The notes beneath the pieces are model-generated. The model worked only from the letters and a program-made list of their open reading frames with translations. It was not told the origin of the DNA and did not search any database. Of a stretch of 64,000 nt of DNA, positions 53,115 through 63,364 are shown piece by piece. Source of the stretch: Nitrosopumilaceae archaeon (GTDB lineage Archaea > Thermoproteota > Nitrososphaeria > Nitrososphaerales > Nitrosopumilaceae); contig OZ242274.1 of assembly GCA_965207375.1 (NCBI GenBank), positions 1,344,001 through 1,408,000 on the forward strand. Reading direction: 5' to 3'. Position 1 is the first letter of the stretch. Each line of letters starts with the position of its first letter. Both the position numbers and the translations under genes were made by a program.

Positions 53115-55131
53115 TGTGCTTTTGCTTTGTGTAGCATTTACAGGTGGTTTAGTGCCAGTATTTGCATCCTCTGAACAGAACATGGCATCAGATGCATTGG
53201 CACAACAATCAAGATGGGACATATCTCCTGAAATACACGACACATACACATACAGAATATGTGAATCAGCCAAGACTTGTTATGATGCTGCATTTACTGT
53301 GATACACAGCACAAAACATACAGTTACCATGTCTGTGTCAATATCAGAAATACTTGGGGTATACCTTACAGGTACAGATGGCCCTTACAGATTATACGTA
53401 CCAACAGGATACGAATCACAGGATTCACCTACCATACACTATGCTGATTATACTGGAGAGCCGATACAGTTTGAAATTACATTTGATCCACAAGCCCATA
53501 AAATAATCTCTCATACTGCCCCCTACTCACATACGTATTTTCATTCAATCAAAAACACATTGTTTCTTTTGGGTGAGGGCATACGCATAGGGGACGGTAC
53601 CCTTCTAGAACATCCGCCTATACTTGCAGTAGGTGAAAGATGGAGCCGTGATAATGACGTAAATGTATACGTAATAGATACCGAGGGACACTATTTCTTT
53701 GAAGGGTTGCAATATGCTGGTTTGTTGTATATGGTACAATATTCCGACAGAACCGTACTTGCTGACTTTATAATATCTCCTGATACTCCACTCCCAATTG
53801 CAGCAGAGGTCACAGCAGATTATACTGAAATAAGTGAGGAAAAATACATTGACACACGATTCTGGTACAGACTGATAGATTCATCGATTATACCTAACCA
53901 ATCAAAAATGGTTTCTGATGTTACGCCAGATACAATCTTACCCGAACCGCTGTGCCTGTACAACAACATCCCAGTCAGTTGTCATGATCCTGGTACACCT
54001 GAAATAGTCCTGCCTGACCCGCCGATGGTACCTCATACACCAGAGGTTACCACAAACAAAACAGTCGATTTTACCGTATTGCCTCCGGAGATAATTACAA
54101 AAATCCTAAACAGTACAGAGTCAGAACTAGAGGAATTATTTGAATTGTTCCTGAAATATATTGGACAAAAGCCATCCTTTGAGATAACTCTGAATACAGA
54201 TTCAGACACATACACACATGGTGACGAAATCATATTCAGCGGTACAAGCTCTAGTGTAGTATCTGATACAGCCCAGATAATGATATACGATGTACACAAT
54301 GCAACTATTGCCTCTGTACCAGTTACAGGTATAGACGGTACATATTCTACCAGTATAGACACTAATGGTTGGGATGTACATGGTGTATTTGGCGCTACTA
54401 TATCACATGATACTCTAAAAAGTCAGGTATTCTTTGAAATAAAACCAGACGACAGGCGTGTAACAGTTGATGGCAGGTTGACAGATGGAATTGATACAGG
54501 AGATGGATATGTAGTAATACATCTAAAGGCGGGCTCTGCCACTGAGATACTAGTTACATTTTCACGCACCGTACTAGATTCTGTATCTGACGGCAAAACT
54601 GCACCGTTTGAGATACTAGTTGACAGTCAATCCGTACCGTATGATGATTTTAGTACGTCTGCTCACCGCATCATTGCAATTCCAAACATACCCACATTTG
54701 CACATATAGTGGAAATGTTTCCATTAGGTGTTGAAAAACAAGCATGTACAGGTAAAGCAGCATGCATATCAGGTGTACTAGCTGAGGTTATAGATGGGGA
54801 CACTATCCGGTTACAGGACGGCTCACGCATACGATTCACGCTCTCCTCAGCTCCAGAATTGACACAGTCTAGTGGTATACAGGCAAAGCAAGAGATTGCA
54901 AGTGTCTGTCCTGCAGATTCGGAGGTAACCATAGACGAGGATGACGGACAAAAATATGATAGTTTCGGTAGAACGATAGGTATAGTGTATTGTAACGGAA
55001 TCAATCTAAATTCACATCTGCTAGAATCAGGCTATGGTACAATATCTAAAGAATTTTGCAAAACAAGCGAGTTTGGTCTGCATGACTGGGCGATACAACA
55101 TGGCTGTCCCGGCCTGTCAGATGTACCTTGA
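53098..55131 (+). CDS. Secreted protein with C-terminal thermonuclease (SNase) domain
   Basis: Signal peptide, VIDGDTI, IR....APE, D.FGR.IG.VYC and LN..LLE.G. Confidence 0.8.
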   Translation: MYVYLSVLLLCVAFTGGLVPVFASSEQNMASDALAQQSRWDISPEIHDTYTYRICESAKTCYDAAFTVIHSTKHTVTMSVSISEILGVYLTGTDGPYRLYVPTGYESQDSPTIHYADYTGEPIQFEITFDPQAHKIISHTAPYSHTYFHSIKNTLFLLGEGIRIGDGTLLEHPPILAVGERWSRDNDVNVYVIDTEGHYFFEGLQYAGLLYMVQYSDRTVLADFIISPDTPLPIAAEVTADYTEISEEKYIDTRFWYRLIDSSIIPNQSKMVSDVTPDTILPEPLCLYNNIPVSCHDPGTPEIVLPDPPMVPHTPEVTTNKTVDFTVLPPEIITKILNSTESELEELFELFLKYIGQKPSFEITLNTDSDTYTHGDEIIFSGTSSSVVSDTAQIMIYDVHNATIASVPVTGIDGTYSTSIDTNGWDVHGVFGATISHDTLKSQVFFEIKPDDRRVTVDGRLTDGIDTGDGYVVIHLKAGSATEILVTFSRTVLDSVSDGKTAPFEILVDSQSVPYDDFSTSAHRIIAIPNIPTFAHIVEMFPLGVEKQACTGKAACISGVLAEVIDGDTIRLQDGSRIRFTLSSAPELTQSSGIQAKQEIASVCPADSEVTIDEDDGQKYDSFGRTIGIVYCNGINLNSHLLESGYGTISKEFCKTSEFGLHDWAIQHGCPGLSDVP

Positions 55132-55347
55132 TGATACCAGAAAACCCCACCTCTCAGGAGCAAAAATCCCTGTCTAGATCTAATTATGAATTATTTCTCA
55201 TGATAACTACAAAATGTAATGCTTTCACAAATGTTATGAAACAGTATAGACAATTAAATTATTTTTGAAAAATAATGTAAGATTGTATAATTAATACCTT
55301 AGAATTTATCTAAAGGTTTTTAGATGATTGTATGTTATATTATAATA

Positions 55348-55415
55348 TCCGTCTCCAAGGAATCGAACCTTGGCAACTGCAACTTCTAAGGGTCCGTTGG
55401 GAACCATCCAGACGG
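55348..55415 (-). ncRNA. 68-nt tRNA-like element with intact T arm/acceptor and reduced D and anticodon arms
   Basis: CCGTCT...CCAAGG TTCGATT CCTTGG AGACGG A; GC-rich island in AT-rich intergenic DNA. Confidence 0.45.
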
Positions 55416-55641
55416 TGATTTTATAATGACATAAACATCATTTTAATTTAAATTATAACGAATAATACTAAAAATCCATTTTATGGAAAAATTCTAGTAT
55501 GTCTAATATCTGAGTCATGTTTTGGTGTCAGATATTACAAATTATGTTTAGAGATTTAGGTGTGGTCTATTAGTTTTGTCATACTTGTTGAGACAATTTT
55601 GGGCATTTTGGGGCTTAAATATTAAATGATATTGTGGTATC

Positions 55642-56766
55642 ATGGCAAAACCTGTATGGTACGAATTAAGACCGTACAGAACCGATACTGATGTCGGTGA
55701 AGACAGCATGTTGAAACTATTAGATCATCTAGATAAATTTCTAATTGTCATATATCGTGACGAGTCATCAAAGATACGAATTTACGTTAGGACTTTGACA
55801 CAACACCTGTCTACCATATCCACACTAAAAGGCATGGAGGCAATATACTGCAACGAGTACCCGCCTGACTTGAACGGTATGACAGTATACAAAAAATACG
55901 GTATGCGCCGACACTGTGCATATAGCATAATTCCTAAAAACATGATTGTCACCTCAATATATCGTGCCATGGGAAACATGTCTGGATGTGCATTTTTGAC
56001 ACTAAACCTGAGAAAGGTAGATGCTGCACCTCCGATAAACGACTTTATTGCTACTTGTAATCGTGGACAGAATCCAGAAAGCAAACTAACAAACGCGCTT
56101 TCAACAGGTAAATCTGAAAAAAAGGCATCACATGTATCAAAGATGACACTTGCTAGAGAAAAACTAGCAAGTAGAAATCTGTTTTTGTGCAGGATGTTTA
56201 GTGGGGTCAAAGTATCTGGGGATGATAAAATAATTGAAGCCGTGTTTCCTTCAAGGGCGTTTATTTCAAAGAAAATTGATCAAAAACAACTCAAAAAAGA
56301 TATTGTCAGAAACATTGGATTTCCACTGTTTGGAGGGGATAAAAATTTAGTTCTTTCTGATTCTGAGATCTTTGGGTTTTTATCGCTTCCAAACAATGAT
56401 GATATCTCAAATGTAGAGTTTGATATTGGTAGGCTATCTTCTACTGCATCCGGACTTGCAGAGGGCTCATTTGGTACAGAATCTGAAAAGATACAGGAAG
56501 GTACCATACAGCAAGAAGATTTCTCAGAGTCTGAGGATTCGCAGGTGCCTGTAGAGGACTCTGGTGTACTGCGGAGGTGCAATAACAGGTTACGTCCAAT
56601 ATTGATAAAATGTGGCAAAATTATTCACAAAGTTGGACAAAATCTAAACTTGTACTTGAGGAGGTGCAATAACAGGTTACGTCCAATATTGATAAAATGT
56701 GGCAAAATTATTCACAAAGTTGGACAAAATCTAAACTTGTACTTGAGGAGGAAAAACAATGTTTAA
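55642..56766 (+). CDS. Hypothetical transfer-region protein with an 87-bp tandem duplication at its 3' end
   Basis: Element-type promoter; 29-aa repeat at 56573-56751. Confidence 0.6.
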   Translation: MAKPVWYELRPYRTDTDVGEDSMLKLLDHLDKFLIVIYRDESSKIRIYVRTLTQHLSTISTLKGMEAIYCNEYPPDLNGMTVYKKYGMRRHCAYSIIPKNMIVTSIYRAMGNMSGCAFLTLNLRKVDAAPPINDFIATCNRGQNPESKLTNALSTGKSEKKASHVSKMTLAREKLASRNLFLCRMFSGVKVSGDDKIIEAVFPSRAFISKKIDQKQLKKDIVRNIGFPLFGGDKNLVLSDSEIFGFLSLPNNDDISNVEFDIGRLSSTASGLAEGSFGTESEKIQEGTIQQEDFSESEDSQVPVEDSGVLRRCNNRLRPILIKCGKIIHKVGQNLNLYLRRCNNRLRPILIKCGKIIHKVGQNLNLYLRRKNNV

Positions 56767-57067
56767 GGAATGCCGTATATGTGGATGGCAAATGCATCTC
56801 ATACATTTTGTTAGGATGGGGGATACTAAAGATGGTTTTTCAGACAATTGTCTTGCTTGTGATATTTTATCCCTTAAACAATATTATAAACAGAACCGTA
56901 AAATATTGAAAAAAGAAAATCCAGAATTTATGACAAAATATCAAAAGTTGATAAAAACTATAAAGAAAATGCAAGAGTTTGAAGTAAAATATCCGGGAAA
57001 ATTAGAAGAGATAAAGGGAGAAGCATTAAAGTGTTGTAAGTGGGACCCACACAATGAATTAACATAG
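56759..57067 (+). CDS. Hypothetical CxxC protein
   Basis: CRICG...CLAC; overlaps the upstream stop. Confidence 0.5.
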   Translation: MFKECRICGWQMHLIHFVRMGDTKDGFSDNCLACDILSLKQYYKQNRKILKKENPEFMTKYQKLIKTIKKMQEFEVKYPGKLEEIKGEALKCCKWDPHNELT

Positions 57068-57110
57068 TTTTGAGCATTAACCTCAAAGACTTTACATATT
57101 TTGGTAATCT

Positions 57111-57209
57111 CAGCTAAGCGAAATGTGATCCAAATTCTTAACCTGTCCCTGTTGTTTTCTTTGCATTTTGAAATAGATTTTGGCCTATTTTACCGCATTC
57201 GTTTAGCTG
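57111..57209. mobile_element. MITE family C copy
   Basis: CAGCTAAGCGAAATG ... CATTCGTTTAGCTG inverted ends. Confidence 0.6.
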
Positions 57210-57256
57210 AATTGTCCATGAGTTATATAGTTAGGTTTTAGAAAAAAACCGACACC

Positions 57257-60200
57257 ATGTTTTACATACAAAAACAACAACAAATACAGCGTAAAATTAC
57301 TAGTTTAACATTAATGGCAATCATGGTTGCTGGTGGTATGACCTTTGCAGTACCAGGAATGACACCGGAGGCTTATGCTGCCAATGCAAACCTGTTTGTC
57401 TCCGCAGAAAACTCACTATTTGACAATTACATGGCAGGACCTCAAGTAATTGAGGTGGTAATAATTGATTCATCTATTTCTGATACTGATGAAAGCAAGG
57501 GAGAACCTGACGTTACAGTTAATGGCAACAACCTGAGAATGGTTCAAGCCACTGACGGTAACTGGTATGGTTACTTTGCTGATTATGCAATGGCAAAGTT
57601 AGCTGCTTCTGAACCTAATGGATTGAACTTTGGTGCAGGAGATGCAGAAGCTTCTGCTGATTCTATAGGTCTTGACACAATTGAAGCTGATGGACTCTTT
57701 TACAACGATAACAATAATGTCAACGTTATAAGAGAAGAAAAGGACGTAAACCAGAATAGAGTTGGTGTTGGTAATGGAACTAACGCAAATCCATATGGTG
57801 GTCAAATAGGCATCGATGAAGGTGCATGGCCATTCATCCAACTGTACAAACTAAGTCAAGGTGGCAATGTTGTGGTACAGTACAACAAGGGTGGTGACAC
57901 ACAAAGCACAATCCTAACCTTTGATACTGTTGATGACTATGCAGGTATAGAACTGGACAGAACTTCTTATCCACAAGGAGCACAAGTTCATGCAACTGTT
58001 ATTGATGTGTGGTTAAACATTGACCCAACTGACGAAGATTCATGGACGTTTAATACTGTAAATGGTACAGCATACTATCATGTCTATAATGACGATGATG
58101 GTGGAAGAGGTGATAACGATTCATTGAAACCCATTATCTTACTCGACTACACTAGCAATCATACAGTTAATTCTGTAGATGTTGGAAACTTGATGTGTTC
58201 AGATTGTGCCTTGAAATTAAATCCTAATGTTCAAGGTGATGATAAACACGTCATTACAATTCAGGACAATGCAGATTCTATAATTGTTAACAAAGGCGAT
58301 ACTGCCGATAAAGCAGATGCTTGGGTACGTGACGGTGTAGCAATTATAACGTTAGGTCAAGGCACTCAACCAGTTACTATCACAGAACAAGGACCTAACA
58401 GTGGAATCTTTGGTACTTATGACGAGTATGACCTATCTGTACTCAAAATCATCGATGATGCAGATAGAGACACGTTAGCTACTATCGATTACAATGATAG
58501 TCTAGTATCTGTCCTAGTCACTCACGCATTTGCTACAATTGACATTCAACCAGCATCTGACGTTTGGTACAGCGGTGAACTAATACCAGTCGTTCTTGTC
58601 GATGCTGATAATAACAAAAATAGTAGAGCAGACGAGGACATTAGATTAAGTGATCCTAGCTACAAAATAATTCCTAGTCTTAGGACTGGAGACCCAATTA
58701 CATTGGGTAGTGGAGTAGATAGTAACGGACAAATCACAGTGTACTATGACGGTATAGAAAAGAAAACAGATGTGAATGCATTCAGCGACAGGGCAATTCT
58801 AAATGATACTGTCCCTGACGGCACAGTAAGTTCAATACTAATCGATCTTGGTATTACCGGTGATGAATTAAAAGCCTCTTTGGTTGATACAACTGCTGAC
58901 AAAAACTACGGATACAACCTATTCAATTATGACATTAGTTCATTGCCTGAAGGCACTGTAAACATATCATTGGTTAACACCACAAACGGTGTATCAATCG
59001 ATGTTGATTTAGTTTGTGAAACATCAAGAAGTGGTCTAGAATTATTGAATGGTATTACTTGTGACCCACTAACAGAACCAACATCAATAGTAATTCCATC
59101 ACTACACTCCGATAGTGCTTACGAATCACAACACTTTGGAACAGCATTTGATACAATAGTTTCAGACTATAGCGTCACTTTTCCCAAAGTATTTAGCTCA
59201 CAAAAGCTAGACTTGGGAACTAATCCTATACAATCTGTACTAGATACAGGATCTATAGTCGATACTTTTGAACAGTTGAGAATTCTTAACGAAACCAGCA
59301 AGATCGGTACAGACGTTGGGGACATTTCCTTGTTAAGTTACTCTTCAACAGCACAATCATTTGCAAAACCAGGCGATGGTATATTTAGATTGACTATAGA
59401 TACCTCCCGTCAGGTGGAATTGAATAGCCCACAGACAGTATCATGTATTGACTGTGCGCTTAATTCATTTGGTGAAATCTTTGGACAAACAGTTCAGGTA
59501 CAATCAACACAATTATCTGATGCAGGTACAATCACAGATCTATTGCAAGTTCCAAACAATGACACCAAAGTAGGAATACTAATTGAATACCATAAAGACA
59601 ACGTTCGAACGTATCATGCAACCGATGCCGAGGCAGATCCAATCGTATTGGACTTTTTCGCATTTGGATTTGGTGATGACGGAAGAACAGCTAACCAAAT
59701 AGTCAGACTTGAATTGGAAGAATCTGGCGATAACACTGACACCTTTGAAGGCGGTCTTGAATACACCATGCTTAACCAACTCAATATTCTGGACGCATAT
59801 ACATACACCGGACTTGACCCTATATCTGATGAGCCAACATTTATCGTAATGGAGGATCTAACAGATGAGGATTCTCCTCGAGTCAATTATCTTGACCTGG
59901 GGGCAGACGGTGTATCAATACAGATTGCTGACCAACAAGAGGCACCATCACACTCTGGTGTGGTAGCACTTGATTCAGACAACTACAAGGTTGCTGATAC
60001 GGTGATTGTCACATTGACTGATGCTGACCTAAACGTGGACAGTGACTTGATTGATATATTCACTACAGTTGCACATGGACACGGTGGCATGTCTGATACG
60101 GTAGGTGAAGATGTAGAGTTTAATGGTGAATCCGTCAATATTGGTGGTTCTCCATTAGGACGATTACTTGACATTACCTTTGATGACCAGATATGGACTG

Positions 60201-62248
60201 TAAACGAATGTACTCCAATAGACGGATTTGATGACGGCTTGCACGATACAGGTTTCACACTAATTGAAACCGAGACTGCAAGTGGTGTCTTTACTGGTGC
60301 ATTTCAGATTCCAACAGAATATTGCCGAAACGATGCAAAATTCGTTGACGGTAAATATGTACGAGAATCTGTTATTGGTACTGACATTGAGGTAAACTAT
60401 GTCGACTTTAGAGACGCATCTGGCGAAACCATCGAAGTAGGTGATTCAGCAGGTGTACGACACAGCACCGGTTCAGTATCTCTTGACAGAACTGTTTATC
60501 CAGTTCCATTTGCTGAAAACACATTCAATTTGCATGCTTCAGCAGGCGATGACCAATACCTGCCAACAGGTGATGTAACAATTCACATTAGGGTTTCAGA
60601 TTCTGACTATAACATATCAGCCTCCGACGAAGATAAAATTGCAAGCGGTACAACGGGACCTGTAGAGGTTACTGTTTCAAGAGGACAAGCATCTAAAATT
60701 GTTGCAACAGCAGGCGCAGCAACTGCAAATGCTATTGCAAATGAGTATGGACCAATCACAGAGATTGCACCTGACGAGGGAATATTTGAAGCGGCTATTT
60801 CAATTAGTTACAAGGACGGTCCCACAAACGGTTGTCCAGAATACAACCCAGATGACGGACCTAACATATTCGCAGATGGATGTGTTCTACAGGGAGACAT
60901 TGTCACCGTAGAATATACAGATCCAACTGACGCATCGGGTGAACCAAACACTGTAACTGATTCAGCTACATTTGACTTGAGAAACTCCGTACTGCAATCT
61001 GACAAGCCAGTTTACATCATTGGAAGCGATATGATCTTGACTCTAATCGAGCCAGACTTTGATCTTGACAATGATGCAGCCGAGTCATATTCACTTGATC
61101 TAATCGAGTGGGATTCAGATGCTGCAATGGTTTCAATGGGCACATTGGGCGGTGCAAAATCCAATAATGGAAACGACTTTGATCCAGAACCATCTGATTT
61201 TAGAGAAACAGGCGACAGCACTGGAGTCTTCCAGGTTGTAATCGAAATTCCTGAAGAACTTGATGGTAACAAATTCAAAAGAGGTGAAGAAATTGAACTA
61301 GAGTATACTGATTGGGGCCCATCTGGTTCTAACTATGTTGGTGAAGCATATGACGACATTAATCTTACAATTTTCACATCAAACTTTGGTAGTACGGTGG
61401 AGCTAGACCAAAATGCCTACACTTGGACTGATAAGGTCTACATTACTATAGTGGCACCTGATCACAACTTTGATTCTGACTTGATAGATGAAATAGGTAA
61501 TACTGATGACGACCCAATAAGGATTGCAACTAAAAGTGCGGTTCTTGACAACTACAAGTTGGAAGAGACAGGCACTGACACTGGAATCTTTACTGGTGAA
61601 GTAATCCTTACAGGATTTGCACATGATGCTAATGGTGACGGCGAAACTGACGACTCAAACCCACGTACAGGTTACGGTAATGGTAACATTAAGGGCTTGG
61701 GTCCAACCAACGGATTCCTAGAAACTAAAGATAATGACGATCTCAGTGTATCCTTTGAATTTTCAGAGGATGAAATGGTAGTAGGATCAGCACTAATCAG
61801 ATGGAATATCGGTGAGGTTCAATGGCTTGAAGCAAGCTATGCATCTAGCGGTACAGGTGTAGTCAGAGTAATAGACCCAGACATGAATTTAAATCCAGAA
61901 TCAGTCGATAACTTTGAGATTGATGTCTGGTTAGATACACCTACCAGAGGTATTAACTTGACTGTAACTGAGACAAACCAGGCAACGGGAATCTTTGAGG
62001 GAACAGTATTCTTTACTGTGACTGACGAGTCTTCCGGACACAGACTGCAAGTCTCAGAAGGTGACACTGTCACTGCGGAATATACAGACCGCACACTACC
62101 TGAACCACACAATACATTAGATAAGCTTGACATTTTTGCAACAACACAGATTGACTCAATCATGCCTCCATTTGAGAGAGTACCAGATATCAACTTGAGA
62201 ATGGGTGATGCATTTAGCCACATGCTAGATAAGATTCTTCATCGTTAA
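57257..62248 (+). CDS. slaA: Nitrosopumilus-type S-layer protein, C-terminally truncated by an IS6-end insertion
   Basis: RKITSLTLMAIMVAGGMTFA.PG..P.A.AANANLFVSAENS N-terminus, repeated ETG.DTG.F.G motifs and acidic composition. Confidence 0.85.
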   Translation: MFYIQKQQQIQRKITSLTLMAIMVAGGMTFAVPGMTPEAYAANANLFVSAENSLFDNYMAGPQVIEVVIIDSSISDTDESKGEPDVTVNGNNLRMVQATDGNWYGYFADYAMAKLAASEPNGLNFGAGDAEASADSIGLDTIEADGLFYNDNNNVNVIREEKDVNQNRVGVGNGTNANPYGGQIGIDEGAWPFIQLYKLSQGGNVVVQYNKGGDTQSTILTFDTVDDYAGIELDRTSYPQGAQVHATVIDVWLNIDPTDEDSWTFNTVNGTAYYHVYNDDDGGRGDNDSLKPIILLDYTSNHTVNSVDVGNLMCSDCALKLNPNVQGDDKHVITIQDNADSIIVNKGDTADKADAWVRDGVAIITLGQGTQPVTITEQGPNSGIFGTYDEYDLSVLKIIDDADRDTLATIDYNDSLVSVLVTHAFATIDIQPASDVWYSGELIPVVLVDADNNKNSRADEDIRLSDPSYKIIPSLRTGDPITLGSGVDSNGQITVYYDGIEKKTDVNAFSDRAILNDTVPDGTVSSILIDLGITGDELKASLVDTTADKNYGYNLFNYDISSLPEGTVNISLVNTTNGVSIDVDLVCETSRSGLELLNGITCDPLTEPTSIVIPSLHSDSAYESQHFGTAFDTIVSDYSVTFPKVFSSQKLDLGTNPIQSVLDTGSIVDTFEQLRILNETSKIGTDVGDISLLSYSSTAQSFAKPGDGIFRLTIDTSRQVELNSPQTVSCIDCALNSFGEIFGQTVQVQSTQLSDAGTITDLLQVPNNDTKVGILIEYHKDNVRTYHATDAEADPIVLDFFAFGFGDDGRTANQIVRLELEESGDNTDTFEGGLEYTMLNQLNILDAYTYTGLDPISDEPTFIVMEDLTDEDSPRVNYLDLGADGVSIQIADQQEAPSHSGVVALDSDNYKVADTVIVTLTDADLNVDSDLIDIFTTVAHGHGGMSDTVGEDVEFNGESVNIGGSPLGRLLDITFDDQIWTVNECTPIDGFDDGLHDTGFTLIETETASGVFTGAFQIPTEYCRNDAKFVDGKYVRESVIGTDIEVNYVDFRDASGETIEVGDSAGVRHSTGSVSLDRTVYPVPFAENTFNLHASAGDDQYLPTGDVTIHIRVSDSDYNISASDEDKIASGTTGPVEVTVSRGQASKIVATAGAATANAIANEYGPITEIAPDEGIFEAAISISYKDGPTNGCPEYNPDDGPNIFADGCVLQGDIVTVEYTDPTDASGEPNTVTDSATFDLRNSVLQSDKPVYIIGSDMILTLIEPDFDLDNDAAESYSLDLIEWDSDAAMVSMGTLGGAKSNNGNDFDPEPSDFRETGDSTGVFQVVIEIPEELDGNKFKRGEEIELEYTDWGPSGSNYVGEAYDDINLTIFTSNFGSTVELDQNAYTWTDKVYITIVAPDHNFDSDLIDEIGNTDDDPIRIATKSAVLDNYKLEETGTDTGIFTGEVILTGFAHDANGDGETDDSNPRTGYGNGNIKGLGPTNGFLETKDNDDLSVSFEFSEDEMVVGSALIRWNIGEVQWLEASYASSGTGVVRVIDPDMNLNPESVDNFEIDVWLDTPTRGINLTVTETNQATGIFEGTVFFTVTDESSGHRLQVSEGDTVTAEYTDRTLPEPHNTLDKLDIFATTQIDSIMPPFERVPDINLRMGDAFSHMLDKILHR

Positions 62249-62519
62249 CTGTTTGTAAAAAGTCAATATACAAATTTTCTCCGGATTACCAGTGACCTAA
62301 AATCTCTTTAATTGCCATATAGTTTGTTCTTGTGCCAGTAAAAAAGATCAAAACCTAGTCACGACGTTAACACTTACACTATATTTGATGTTATAGTGTG
62401 ATGATACCGTTTTGTATTTTGAAGATATGACTATCCCGTGATGGGTAAGAATTTGATTCACATTTTGCTTAGCTGACAATGCAGACAATCTTTATAATGT
62501 TAATAGGAGAAACAGTATC

Positions 62520-62732
62520 ATGAGCACAGTAGTACAAAAAAAGACATATTCCGTTTTAATAACTCCTGATCTTGAAGAGGGAGGATTTGTCGGTACCTGT
62601 GACGAGCTTCATGCAGTGTCAGAAGGAGATACATTTGGAGAAATAATGGAGAACATGAAAGAGGCAATGGAACTTGCTGCCGAAGAAGCAGGGTACACAA
62701 CGGATTTCAACATGCTTATCATAAAACAATAA
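62520..62732 (+). CDS. hicB: HicB-family antitoxin (paralog of 39541)
   Basis: GGFVG.CDEL.A.SEG.T.GEIMEN.KEA.EL. Confidence 0.85.
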   Translation: MSTVVQKKTYSVLITPDLEEGGFVGTCDELHAVSEGDTFGEIMENMKEAMELAAEEAGYTTDFNMLIIKQ

Positions 62733-62968
62733 TGACAAGATTTCCACGTGTATCTGGCAACTGGATGGTAAGATATCTATAGAGAAAGGGATATGTCATA
62801 ACCCAGAGAAAAGGAAGCCATATGACGTTACGTAATGAAGATCGAGTTACGGTCGTGCCAGCAGGAAACAAAAAATTGAGAATTAGAACTCAGTTTTCTA
62901 TACTGCTGTATGCAGGTATAGATAAGGAAGAATTTATCGATGATTACGAGCATGATCTGGTGAAATAA
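62732..62968 (+). pseudogene. hicA: HicA toxin with a premature TAG
   Basis: MTRFPRVSGNWMVRYL*RKGYVITQRKGSHMTL...VVP. Confidence 0.75.
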
Positions 62969-63037
62969 GCCTACAAATACACCGACAAATAAAAATACAA
63001 ACTTTTCAGGCATACAATACTTGTCGAATCAGCACAC

Positions 63038-63146
63038 CAAAGAAACATGATCTTGTTTGAAGAATCAATAAAATCGAAATACACTAAAAGAAACTACATA
63101 TCACAAATAAACCGATTCAAAACATTCAAGGGTGTATCTAGTACAA
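63038..63146 (+). pseudogene. Integrase N-terminal remnant interrupted by a MITE A end
   Basis: QRNMILFEESIKSKYTKRNY resembles thaumarchaeal integrase N-termini (compare LFLQGIKAEQTREKY in the 11277 ORF). Confidence 0.45.
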
Positions 63147-63282
63147 AGAGATGTTTCGTAATTAGAAAATCACACCTAACAAGAGCAAAAATTTCAGATA
63201 TTACATTTAGACGATAGGATTCCATACCTTGAACATCATTATAAAAACACATTTAGAAAGATTTGAATCATAAACAGAAATT

Positions 63283-63331
63283 AAAAAAAACAGGCTAGTT
63301 CAGTAGGTAGCCTTTGTTGCCTGAAAGTCAA
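63283..63331 (-). ncRNA. Putative antisense small RNA against the anticodon arm of tRNA copy 2
   Basis: 63317-63331 matches 63393-63407 at 14/15. AGGCTA-N10-TAGCCT hairpin and T8 on the minus strand; TATA-like box at 63351-63357. Confidence 0.6.
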
Positions 63332-63364
63332 ATTTATTACGTATAATAAGTATAAAATCCTTGT

